64,000 nt of DNA from Chrysomallon squamiferum (taxonomy: Eukaryota; Animalia; Mollusca): NCBI GenBank assembly GCA_012295275.1, contig CM022669.1:10540001-10604000 (forward strand). The letters are read 5' to 3'. The position numbers were made by a program, and so were the translations under genes. Below are positions 1-13,600 of this stretch, piece by piece. Positions within the stretch are counted from its first letter, which is position 1. Every line of letters starts with the position of its first letter. The notes under the pieces were generated by a model that searched no databases, had not been told where the DNA came from, and was given only the letters and a program-made list of their open reading frames with translations.

Positions 1-1453
1 TCCCTTTCATCATTTTAAGTTATGAGATCAGATTAAGTAAATGTTTAATAATGTTACAGTATATTTGTTTTTGTTTAATGTGATTGTCAATATTTTATTT
101 ATTTTGTATTTTTTCTGTTTATTTGAGCTGATGTAAAAATGAATTATAGAATTCATGAATCTTTATTGTTTTCTTTTTTTAATTGTTGTGTTGCATGGAA
201 ATTTGTATAAAAAGATGTTTCTGTGAGAGAAATATTTTTTTAATAAATATTCACCAAAGTTTATTTATTTTTGTATGCTCATATAAGAATCAGAATTATT
301 TTTGTTTATTTTCTGTTTTTGAAGTCTGCAAATCAGAAAACATTAATGACAGTTAAAATTCCAGTATATCAAACATTAAAAAACATAACAAACAAAACCT
401 TCTAAAAACAAATAACTGTTACAGATTTTGAGGTCACAAAATATAGCATATCTGGCTAAAATAAAATCAACTGCAAAAACATAATGGAATTTCCTAACTT
501 TGAATTTAATTTTAGTATAAATATAACAATACATTGATCTGCAAACCAAATATTATCGTTCAGTATATGTATTTAAATTTAGCATAAATCTCTTGACATT
601 GACATCCATATATTTTAAATCTATTAATGCTTGTCAATATATTCTGGTTACAGAAGTTATAATGTTACAGTGTAGGCGTATATGTATGGATATATATCAC
701 TACCACAATACATAATAATATTTTTTTGTACATAGTAATATTAAAAAAATATTTTATTTATGGCAAATGTGTTCAGGTTTCTAATTTCATCAGTTGACAT
801 ATGATTGTTATACTAGTGTAAGTTATAGATTATAAATATTTATATGTACTTACAATTTTTGCTGACTTGTAAATGTGTACATGAAGTGGAAACATCCCAT
901 TTCTCTTTTTTTTTTTTTTTTTTTTTTCTAATTTTATAAGCTACTATGCATGTTATGGTATATAAATATTTAATTTTTGCCAATTCAGCACATTTCTGTT
1001 TTTAAAATTGCATTTAATTTTGTGCTTTATTTTAATCATTAATGTTTATATTTAAAGTAGGGACATAAATACTTTTATTTCATTATTTATTTATTTTTTA
1101 AAGTTTTATTTCATAATAATGTCAGTAAATTTAAGTAAATAATAAACATTTTATTAATAGATGCTGTTTGTAAAATAAATTTCAAAATGCAATAATCTGC
1201 TGTACCTATTAAAAAACAAATCAATTTCAGTTTATTAGAATTATTTAATACTCAATTTCAGTTACCAATATTAATATCAAAGTAGATAGAAAATATTTTA
1301 TGACTGTGTATATTTAGTAATATACTCTTTCAAAGTTACTATGCTGTGTATCTTTTTTATTGACCAGAACGTAAAGTTATTAACATGTAGTTTACTGTTC
1401 ACTTATTATTTATTCATTCATTGACTATTCATTTATTTATATATTCATGTCAG

Positions 1454-1714
1454 CTGGTATCATGGACGGTTGGACAGACAGACAGCAGAAGAGAGGTTAT
1501 TGGCTGCTGATCATGAAAGTAGTTACCTGGTTCGGGAGAGTGACCGTAAACCAGGATCGTTTGTTTTGTCATACCTGGGCAAGTCATCACAACTGACACA
1601 TTTCAGGTAAATATGCAGGTGTGAGACAAAAATAATGTCTTTTTATTAAGTTATAAATGTAAAATTACAGTATCTGTTAAAAAAGTGATGATGCCAAAAA
1701 TTACATTTATTACT

Positions 1715-1745
<31 letters not shown>

Positions 1746-4077
1746 TATGACTATGTCTATACTGTATGATTATTTACAATTGAATATTAATTAATTATGA
1801 AAGTTTTTCTGTATCACAGATCTAATGATTAAAACTGATTTTGCTTTCACTGTGAATTTGAAACAATATGCTTTACCATCCCAGTAATTTATTAATATTA
1901 ACTTTGTCCTTAGAACACACACACACACAGTTTGCTTATCGTGACTTGATCCTATTGAGCAACTGGCAGTTTTAATTTATTCTTACATGTGATTAATTTA
2001 CTTAAATATTTAAGTAAAGACTGTTACATTTAATTTATTTGGTAACTGACAATAAATTATTTGAAATAATCTGGATTGTTTATTTTAATTGTGATTGTAT
2101 ATAATTATATAAATCTAAAATGCAAGTAAAATAAAGTTTATACATTTTTTTGCTCTACTGGTTTCTGAAAATAATGATGTGTCCATACTTTAGATTTGTA
2201 ATATGTGCAGTTAGGTACATGAGAAACTGAGTGTAGTGTTTCCATTCCATTAAATGTTGTGCATCTGCAGTGAACTTTAATAGTAGTTGAATTTAAAAAT
2301 AAAACCTGTGTAAGAAAAATATAATTTTTATTTCATACCATCTCATTAGCATTGGAAGTTGTTGCTTTTAAAAAATACACCCGTAAAAAGATGTTATTAT
2401 CATTATGCCTAATTTCTTTCATGTATAATTTAAAATAATAAAAATACCAAACAAAAAACTGCCACAAAAACACACTCTGCATCAATATCCTTGGTGTTGC
2501 TCTGAAACTGCAGTGAGAAAAAATCAAAAAAATTAATATTAATATTATTTTTAGCATGAAGATTAAAAACTATGCAATATCACTGGTGCCTGGAGGAGGA
2601 AAAACTTGTGGCTTCTGTTGAAAATTAAAAACAATAAGTGTGCACTGTTAACTAATATGGTGTATAATTTCTCTTCATTTCAGAATAATAGCTAAGTGTG
2701 GAGATTACTACATAGGTGGTCGGCAGTTCGAATCCCTTTCAGATCTCATCGGTTATTACACAAACTGTTCATGTCTCCTTAAAGGGGAACAACTCCAGCA
2801 TCCAGTCCCTCCGCCAGAAGTAAGTAGAAAATCATGGGAAATATGTAGTTTTGTGTGTGTGTGTGTGTTGTATTTTTTACATACATATTTTAATTATAAA
2901 TCTGATAAGAATATCTTTATTAACAATTACTGTATGTCAGACATTACTTTTGTCAGTGATAATTTAGACACTTCTTTTGCTGATTAGCAGCAACATGGCT
3001 TATTTGTAGCATTTCCTTCAGACATAAAACATTATTGATAAATCAGATGTGTTATTTAATTTATGTAAAATTAATAACATCTATGATTTTTGAAATGTGA
3101 TAAATACAGTTAGCTGGGCTGCAGTTTACTCACAGGTGGACATACATGCAGTTAATATTTTGTGAAAATGAAATGCACATACAGATAGTAAATTTAGTAT
3201 GAAAAGACCAGTTATCCAACTAACTGGTACAGATTTTCAGTTATTTAGAAGAATGTTCATGAAATTAGAACATTTGTTAATAATGATTTTATTATTCTGC
3301 TTGTTGAGAAATGTTTTATTTTATTAATATTTTTGTATTTACAGCCTGTAGATGACAGGAGAAGAGTTGTTGCGATGTTGTCTTACAGAAAGATGGACGA
3401 AACAGATGAGTTAAGGTAAGTCTTCTTGAATATTGTGTAAAAATTAGTTCACTGCATTATAAGAGAAATATATTAAAACACAGGTAAGATTAAACATAGC
3501 CAGGCCTCTTGTGTTTATAATAATAGAAAACAAATTCATTGTTTAATATCCATTATTGCTGTAATTCATAAGATAAATATATTAATACAGGTGCTCACAC
3601 ACGTATGCCTATGTTTTGTTTTGACAATGACAGTAATAAAATGACATTAATCGATTGTTCATTATTTTAATTAAAGTTATAAATCAGTCAAGCACAATTT
3701 GTGAACAAATGAGTTTGATTAATTATGCTATTAATTCTACCAGTATACCTGAAATCTATTTTTTTATATACAATTTTGTATCTTAAGTAATATACATTGT
3801 ATTTTATTTATATTGTTATTTTTCACAGTTTTAAGAAGGGAGACACATTTATAGTGCTGAATGAACTGATAGATGGCTGGCTGTGGGTGACTGCTAGTCA
3901 AACAGGAGAAAGTGGGATTATACCAGCGGCTCTTGTGGAAGATCTGGTAAGTTATTTACATCGTTTTCTTTTTCTTCATTTATTATTTTTATTATTATTA
4001 TTTATTGTTCTGTTATTTTTATTATCATTATTATTAGTGTTATTATTATTGGTGTTAAAATTTATATTTATTTATTT

Positions 4078-4109
<32 letters not shown>

Positions 4110-7100
4110 TTTTTGTTGCATATATTAATGCTGTCTTGAATTGTTAACATATAATTAAAATAATCACTGCTTACGGATTATAGCAGCAAAATCTTTGAAA
4201 AACTTTTATATTTTTATCTTTTTCAAAAATGATCTCTGCAGTGATAAGTTTTGTAATTAAAATAAACTAATAAATAAATTTATTTTGAAAATACATTCTT
4301 TTAAAATTAAAACAAAAATAATAGAGAAATTGAGACCTGTGAATGCACATCTAAAGTTATTCCATATATTAGTTAAAAATTTGTTTGTGAATGTTAATAT
4401 AAAGAAGCATTAAATATAAATATACAGTTGGATAAAAATCTCTAGTTAGAATTATGCTATTTTGTTGTTGTTGTTTTTGTAAATTTTTATTGTTTTTTTT
4501 TATAATGTTATACCTTATATTGAAATTAAAACATTACTGAGTTGTTATAATAATATGGATAGGATGCAGATGGATTGTAATTTTTATTTGAGTTGTATTA
4601 TTTACTTGTGTTTTGCAGAATGGAAACATAGATCCAGCAGAATGGCTGCCATATTTTCACAACAACATCACAAAAGATGAAGCTGTGAGAAAACTTACTC
4701 AAGGTGAGATATTCTGTCAAGAAAGGATAATTAAAAATTAATTTATAGTTTTTATAATTTCACATTATTCTTGTAATTCATTTAAATGCTTATTTCTTCT
4801 CTTTCTTGGATATATATAACATGCACAATTGCATTCTGATATTTTAGGTACTTTACCTATTAGTATAAAAAAAAGTTGTTTTCTCTTAAATTGAAAGTTA
4901 CTTTAACCGTAAAGAAATTTTAATTTTGTTTTGTTTTGCTTTTTATGCACATTTTTTTCTATAATTTGATTTTGTTTGCAGCTGGTGATGGTAGCTTTCT
5001 TGTTAGACCAAGTGACAACAGTCCTGGAGATTTTTCACTCTTCTTTTTAAGCGAGAAAGAAATTAAGAGATTTAGAATTGTGAAGAAGGGCAGACAACTC
5101 TCTATTGGTGGACGATACTTTGAAAGGTAATTGTTTCAGATTTTTCTAAAGAATTATAGGTATTTTTAAAACTTTAATTTTTTTCATTTTTATTATTGGA
5201 ATTTGAATGTTGATAAACTGAAAGTGTTACATATCATGGTTATGTTTTCCATATAATTAGTTACAAATTCAAAGCATATCTATTGTTTCATTTTAGATGT
5301 TTTGTTGTTTTATTATTGATATGAACTATTTCTGATATAGAGAAGAGAATATATGACAAACAATGTATAGTGTTCTGATTTTCTAAATAAGCATGAATGA
5401 TTGATATCTTATTAAAAATTGTTATACTCTTTTCCAGTCTTGATGCAATAATTCAGAGGTACAAACAAGAAGAAATCGTTAAGGGGTACAAATTAATCAG
5501 TCCAGTCTGCAGGGTAAGTTGAGATTTCTGTTTTTAATACCCCCTCTCTAACAGATTTAAACCAATATGCATAAATCTAGCTTTACTTCTAATAAACTTC
5601 AGTACGAATCAGCTTATAAAAGTAATAACTACAGTAAAATCAAATCTTGATTTATTCTTTTAGGTAAAGCAGTTTCCTGAAAATTTCTATTTTTATTGAT
5701 CTTCCTAGCAGGGGAAGTGATTAACACAACAGTTTACATTATACCTGATAAATTACACCTTTTTTTGTTTTTCTTTCATAATGTAATATGAACTTAATAT
5801 ATAAATTAAGAAATGTATCTAATCCCAAGTTAGTAAAACCACTTGTGACCTGATGTAATACACACATGCACAGACATATATAAAATTTACTTATTGATAC
5901 ATAAAAAGTGTATATTCTATGCAGGACAATTTCGACACTTTTGATGGAGGTTTCAAGAAAACATTGTCAGCATCAGAGAGAAATTTTCTGTATGCTTCAA
6001 TAATGCAGTCTGGTCCTAACTTGCTGACCAGTAAAAGTGACCTCACTGGGTATTTGTACAAAAGAAGTAAGTCTTTGTGCGAAAATCTTCCGAAAAATTT
6101 ATATTTTTTCAATTCTTTTATTACTTTGTAATATGCTGTCAGTTGTTTATTTTATTTACATAATAATTTTTTTTAAGATTCTTTCTTCTTTTTATTTTTT
6201 TTTTATTCATATATGTATTTATATAGAGAGATATAAATATCTGTTTGAGCACATTTCAGGATCAATTCTTCTTGGTGTTCCCCATCAGGCTAATTCCCGT
6301 TCTGCCATTGCTTAACATTCACTGTGGTATGTGCTGTCCTATCAGCGAGACATACATTAAAATTCACATGTTGTTAAGTGGAATATATAAATATAGTACG
6401 TTGTCATAGCAATTTCATTATTACCATGATACAAACTAGGGAGCAATTTGCAAAACACTGCCTGACTGTTTCTATTGTTATATTTTTCCAAATATGTGCT
6501 TTATAATAACATAATTTATACTGTAAGAGAAAAAATGAAATTTTTCTTTTTTCCAAGGTGAAAAGACAAAGAAGTGGAAAAAATATTACTTCCTCCTAAA
6601 TGGCTCTGAACGACTTTTGTACTTCTTTGAAAATAACAGAGTGAGTCAATATTGGTTTTATTTACTATTCATTATTATTTAACATAATTTCATTTCCTTT
6701 TTTAAATGCTTGATAATTACAGCTATATACACAATACAAATCATCTCTCCCATAAAAGACAGATATTCAGTCACCTTTTATTTTGTTTTTTAGATTTTTT
6801 GTTTTGTATGTTTAACTAAAAAGTATAAGCTTTAAAATGATCCATATCTCATTCTTACATTAATTTCAAAATTAAATTATTGCTATTTCAAATTGATAAA
6901 ATAAAGATGCAGATCAAGAATTTTTGTACACATCTATTCAGCTTGATTCATTAAAGCATAAATTAGTTATTTTATGTACTAAATTTATTATTATTTTTAT
7001 GTTAGTAAGTTGATGCTAATTTAATAAAATAAACTAAAAATATCTGTTATACATTAGAGAAATTATACAAAATATGCACATGTATGCAGATAGGAAACAT

Positions 7101-8913
7101 TTACACACATACAGACACACACACACACACATTGTACACATAGAACAAAAACAGTTGTTTAATAACACACAGAACAATGGAGTTCTGTTTACACAACTCA
7201 TATACTATTTCAGCATTAAATACTTTCATCATAAAATATACATCATAAATCACTCTTCCAACACACACAGACACACATTCACACCTACACATGTTAATGT
7301 ACTTGAATTGTCTGACAAAACATTTCGGTGTGTGAAAATTAACATGAGTAAAAAGGTTTTTAATTTGTATATTACTATTTGATTTCAGAGATCAAAGCCA
7401 AAATGTTTAATTGATCTTTCATACAGTGCCCTCTATCCTGTACATGACAGTCTCTTTAGCAGGTAAGTCCATTTTATCAGCTCACCTTTCTTTTGTGAGT
7501 TAATATATTTACTTTTGTAGACAGAATAATAAAATATTAATTAATATGATTTGTATAGTTATATTGATAATATATCATCTGTATTTATCTATAGTTGGAA
7601 ATATGCAGATACAATGGTAACAAATACAAAAATAATAGCATTGGACTTAAAAGGATTAATAAAATATTATTAAGAATGATAATTAAAAATGTGTTATAAT
7701 AAATGTGTTGTATTAACATGTAATTAAATACAGTTTCATTAATGAAAAAAGTTGTTGCCAACTGGATTTTTGTTTTTGTACTACTTAATCATTCGTTATA
7801 CATTATTCATTTATTTTATTTTTCAAAAGCTGTGCATCAAATGGTGAAAATATATACACACATTTACTTGATTTTTATATGTAGATATTTAGTTTCATTA
7901 TGCAGTTGTTTCATTTACTATATGTTAAAAAAATATATATATATTTTTGTTTTTAAATTTTATTTGTTTTGTTTTTTACAGATCCCACTGTTTCCAAATA
8001 GTGAGCAATTTTAATAACAACCAAATGCAGATGTGCTACCTCTCTGCAGACAGTTTGGATACAGTTCAGGTAAAGTTAAAACTACCAAAATCAAATTCTA
8101 ATTATTTCAATGATGATACAGGAGTCATTGCTTCTGTAGTTTCTTATCATTATATTTATTTAAAATAACTGACTTACTGATTCAGTAATTACACTGGAAC
8201 AATTTGTGTCTCATTAATTTATCTAAACAGTGAATGGTGGATTGTAGATAAATATTTCTTCCAGTGCAACAAACTGGGCTATTTTCAAAAGCTGAGATAT
8301 GTTATATGTCAAAGTGTTTTTAAAAATGTCTTACTGATGACAGTAACCTTTGGATGGATCATTGCAATTTTCTTCTCACATGAAAATATATAAAAAAAAC
8401 CTACTAAATGTTCAGACATAGTCAACCGCTTAGTTAATGCAGAATGATATTATTGTTACAAGGAGACAAAACAACATCAGCATGGTGAGACATAACTAAT
8501 CAGTTGTTTGGTTATTTAGCAATTAATATTAATAAAACTTGCTATTGTTAATTTTCAGTTGCTCTTCTCTGGAATTCTGTGTGTCTGTGTGAAAATGAAA
8601 CCTGTTAAAATTTAATTTGTTGTGCAGAAATGGATCCAGGCTGTGAAGCCCTACATTGGCGAAGAAAGCAACTCGAGACTGAAGGAATTTCACAGTGTGA
8701 CTATCAATGTGTTTGAGGCCCATCAGCTACCTAACAAGCTGCTGAATCACCCGTATGCTGTTGTGTCACTGGGCAATGTCAAGGTGGCCAGGACAGAAAT
8801 TGGAGATGCCCCCAACCCAGTGTGGGAAGAAGAGTTTGTTCTAGAGTAGGTTTATTTGTATTAAAATCTCCTCCTTTCTTTTTTTAATATTTGTTTATTA
8901 ATTTATTTTTAAA

Positions 8914-8944
<31 letters not shown>

Positions 8945-11900
8945 TTTTCTTTGAATCAAATGTCACTCATCCTAAAACAAGTTGTTTAAGAATATAAAAA
9001 AAAAGAAAAAAAATGTTTAATATATATATTAAAGTTTATTTTTATATGTTTGTTTATTTGTTTGTTTATTCATTTTTTTAATTTTTTTTATTATTATTAT
9101 TATTTGTTTTTATAAATTAAATTATTGTAAATAATATTCACATTTTCCGTTAATCAAATTTCACAAACCCTAAAAAGTTTTTTTCAAAATAGGTTGTTTT
9201 ATATATTAAAGTCAGTTTATATTTTTTACTGAATTATTTTTAATATTATTATTTCTTATTATTATTAGTTATTATTATTATTATTATAAATAAAATTAAC
9301 CATTCATCATTCAAATCTTATTTTACAGCTTTAATAAAAATTGAGATAAATCTATAATAAAAATGGAAGGTGCAAATATTTAATTTCGTCTCAAGATTCT
9401 TTAAATTTTACATGACCAATTTTCACTGCACAGTGTGATTTAAGCAACTGTTTAGTTATAAAATATAAATGTTTTTAATTTCAGTGACATCCCAGCAGAG
9501 GTGAAATATTTTACAGTGTCCTTGTACAACAAAGTGAAACGATCAAGGGATACAGAAGTTGGTGAGAATGATTTCGTTGCTTGTAATAATAGTTTTAAAA
9601 TCTACTCATTGTATTTTTGTGGAGTAAGTTTTATTTTATTATTATTTTTTTGCTTTAAATGTGGTTAAATGACAATATTTTGTGCATTGATTTTAGAATG
9701 ATTACACAGCATTAAACAAATGCAGATACACAGACACAGACACAGACAGACAGACAGACATATACAACTATTTACTTGAAATTGTTTACAACAAATACTG
9801 ACTTGTTCAAAAACAAGGATGTTGACAAACAATAAACAGTTTGGTATATGTAAAAGTGAAATTATTATGTGGCTTAGAATACAAAATAAATTTTAATATT
9901 TTGCATCTAGGATCTTTATATTATTTATAAAAGAAGACAAAACAAAATTAAGAATCAGAACTTGACTTTTTATAAAATTAAAGAGTTAACGACACCAGCT
10001 ACAATAAAATAATTCATCTGCGAATGTTACAATAATTATTCCATCATTTTCAAAATCATCTAATACATGTCAGTCACATTTTTATTTAATATAAAAACTT
10101 TTAACACTGCTATTTCCTGATCTATGTTCTGTGGATTAGCCCACGCTGGTTTCAGACTTGTCCTATTTTTTGTTTGTTTTTATGTTTTCAGCACATGTGA
10201 CTCACCCATTACAAAGCTGGGAGTGTGTTGAAGAGTGGTTTCCCCTGCAGGCTCAGAACAACAAAGTTGACATGGGAACATTAAGACTGAAAGCTCACTA
10301 CACACACGAGGTGGTGATGCCATACGAAGAATACACGAGTCTTAAAGAGGTGAATATTAACTAATTTTGAGAAACTTGATTTTAGATATATATATATATA
10401 TACAGAATATATATACATATATATATAGACTCCTTCTGACTTTAGTGGAATCTGTGAAACTTTGTCAAAACGTATGCATTTAAGACCATACCCTTTAGAC
10501 AACATAACAGTGTAAATTGTTTAATTAAGAAAATGCAATAAAAGTGGGAAATATGGATCTACAAAAGTACAGACTTGCCTAAGAAGGAGCTACATACATC
10601 AGGTTGTGTCAGTATCTTAAAGGAAACCAAGCTTTCAATTCAGTTATTTATCAGTACAAATAATACTGATAGGAAGATTGTGGATTATTCATATTTCAAA
10701 CAGTTTTAAGATAAGTCTTTTCACTACAAGGGCTTTTTGAACAGAACACAACGTCTGTAAATCAGAAACTAATTGCTGTATCTGTCAGTTAAATCAGTGA
10801 AAGAAAGACTAACTGACAATATCTCAGTGCATTTTAACATAAATGATTATTGTACATTCATTTTACATTGTTGTAAAAAAGAATACCCTTTGCTAACAGT
10901 GCTATCTTTATCTATTAGCAATAAAGCATTTTCTCTTTGTGTCTTCCCATAGTTATCATATACCACTGTCACTGGCAAACCATTCATAATACACTAGCTG
11001 AAATGGCAAATTACCTAATAGCTGAAAATGTTAAAAGCCGATACGATATCATTCTTAAATATGTGTACTTAACAGGATAAATATTTTTTTATTCTCAGTT
11101 AATTCTTGCTGACGATTACAATGAAATCATCCAGCTGTCTAAAGTGTGTGCAAAATCTGAGTGGATTGTCATGTGTAGAGCCCTTCTAAGAATTTTCTGT
11201 CACGAAAAAAAAGAAGCCAGCCTTTTACGAACATTAACAGAGATGGAGATAGATAAAGAAGGTATTTATTTTGTTAATATAGTTTGAATGTGTCTTCTGC
11301 TTACATGTATGTTATTAGTAAGTCATTATTTTTAATATTATTATTTTAAATATAATTTTATATTATAATCTCAACTAAGAACATATGAGAAAAAGAAAAT
11401 GTGTGTAGGTATGTCTGTAAGAGAGAGGTAAATTTAAAAAAAAAAAAAAAAAAAAATAATTTAATAATTTGTTTTAACGCTTATGTAAAACTTCCTTTAA
11501 ACCATGATTTAAAATGCATGAATTTGTGTATGAGCAATGAAATTATAAAAAATAAGCCTTCTCTTTGGACAATATTGTTTGTTTTTACTGCTTTATTTTA
11601 AGGTCAAAATCTTTAATTCTGGCAGAATTTACAAATTTGACATAACTGTTCTACTACATAATATAAAAAAAGTCTCTTTGACAATTTGTCTGTTCATTTA
11701 GCTGAAGTGTCCCAGATTTTTCGAGCGACGACGTTAGCTACAACGATGATGGACCAGTACATGAAGTTTGCAGCTACACAGTTTGTTCAGAGTGCTGTCA
11801 AAGATTCAGTCCTCAGAATAATGGACAGCAAACAGTCATGTGAGGTAATTGATAAGCTGTCATGGGTACCAGAACTGTCACCAGTAATTTTCACAAAGAT

Positions 11901-13561
11901 AATTTTAACAATTCCAACCATGAAGTACTTCTTCTGCTATTTTCTTCTTAGGTTTTTTTTTCAGGACTGTTTTTTAATTTTATAATGTGTTTTTCCTTAC
12001 TTCAGAGAGTAGGGTTATCAAGTTCTTTCTTCTTCTTTTTTGGTACTTAACATATTTTACATACTTGAGCTCATTTCTTTGGCATACATTGCATAGTAAT
12101 TGATAAGTTGTTATGCTTACTTGTATGATATTTAACATGTCTTGGTTACTTTGAATGTAATTAATGTGTTGCCATGGTTACTTGTACATGATTAACATGG
12201 GGTTTTTTCAAGTGTAAAACATAATAAAACATTCTAGCTTTAATCCCTGAACAAAATAACTGATTTTAAAAATAATTTAAAAAAATAAAATAAAATGTAA
12301 AAAGTGTCACTGTTATTAGTAATGTTTTGTTTGTCTGTCTGTATCTAACAGGTGAACCCAGCATTTCTAGAGAATGCAGCTGATGCGAAACCAAATCAAG
12401 AGTACTTCCTCAGTTTACTGAATGGAGTCACAGAAACAATATTCAAGTCAATTGATCACTGTCCAATGTAAGTCAGAGTGGAATGTTAAATGAAGTATTT
12501 ATGTCTTGACCAGTATCCAGTGTAAGAGTAGAGTACTTAATGAGCTATTTATGTATACTGACTATTGCCTAGACTAAGTAAGAGTAGAGTACTTAATGAA
12601 GTATTTATGTATACTACCTTTGTTCTTAGAAAAACACTTGCAATTTGGATGAAAAAATGAAAAAATCACAGTTCTAACATGGTACTGTAAAATAATTTGA
12701 ATGAGTAAAAGAAGTAAAAAAAACCTCAAAACCCACAAAAGTAGTTATGTATTCTGAACTGTTTAAAAAATATCTTATTTTAGAAATACTTGGACTGTTG
12801 TTCAACTGTACTGAAAAAGACTGTTTATTTACATCTTCTGTGTATTTGTGTGTTAAAATGTTCTCCAATAAGCATTCACCTATTTTTTTTCCTCTAAATT
12901 TAATTAATGTATAGATTATTTGATCATTATTTTACATTATAATTATATATGTTTATATATATATATAATCATTATTTGTTTTATTATTATTATAGTTTTT
13001 TATAATATTATTGTGCAGTACCCTGCAATACATTTGTTTCTTTATATGTTATCTGCATTTTTGTTTTATAGTGTGCTGTGTTACGTGTGTAATCATTTTA
13101 TTATTTCACAGTGTGTTGCGGTATGTCTGTAGTTGTTTACAGAAAAAAGTAGTGAGTAAATGGCCAGAAGATGAAACAGTAAAAACTCGAGTTGTCAGGT
13201 GAGACATGTATATATATATATATATATTTATTATTTTTTTTCATTATTATTATTATTAATATTTTGTATAAAATACACCAGTACAAAATCTTTTTACTTT
13301 TTGCCTGTTCTCTCTTTTCCTTTCTTTTTCTTTTTTTTCTCAGAAATTAAAATATTCTTATATTATTTTTGTTTTCAGTGGTTTCATTTTTCTTCGCTTG
13401 ATATGTCCAGCCATTCTTTCTCCCAAGCTTTTTAATCTGGTGTTGGGTAAGTTTTGAGTTTTTGTTTATTTTGTTGTTATTTATTTATTTATTTATTCAT
13501 TCATTTATCTATTCATTTATCTATTCATTTATTTAATCATTTATTTTTATTTATTTATTTA

Positions 13562-13600
<39 letters not shown>

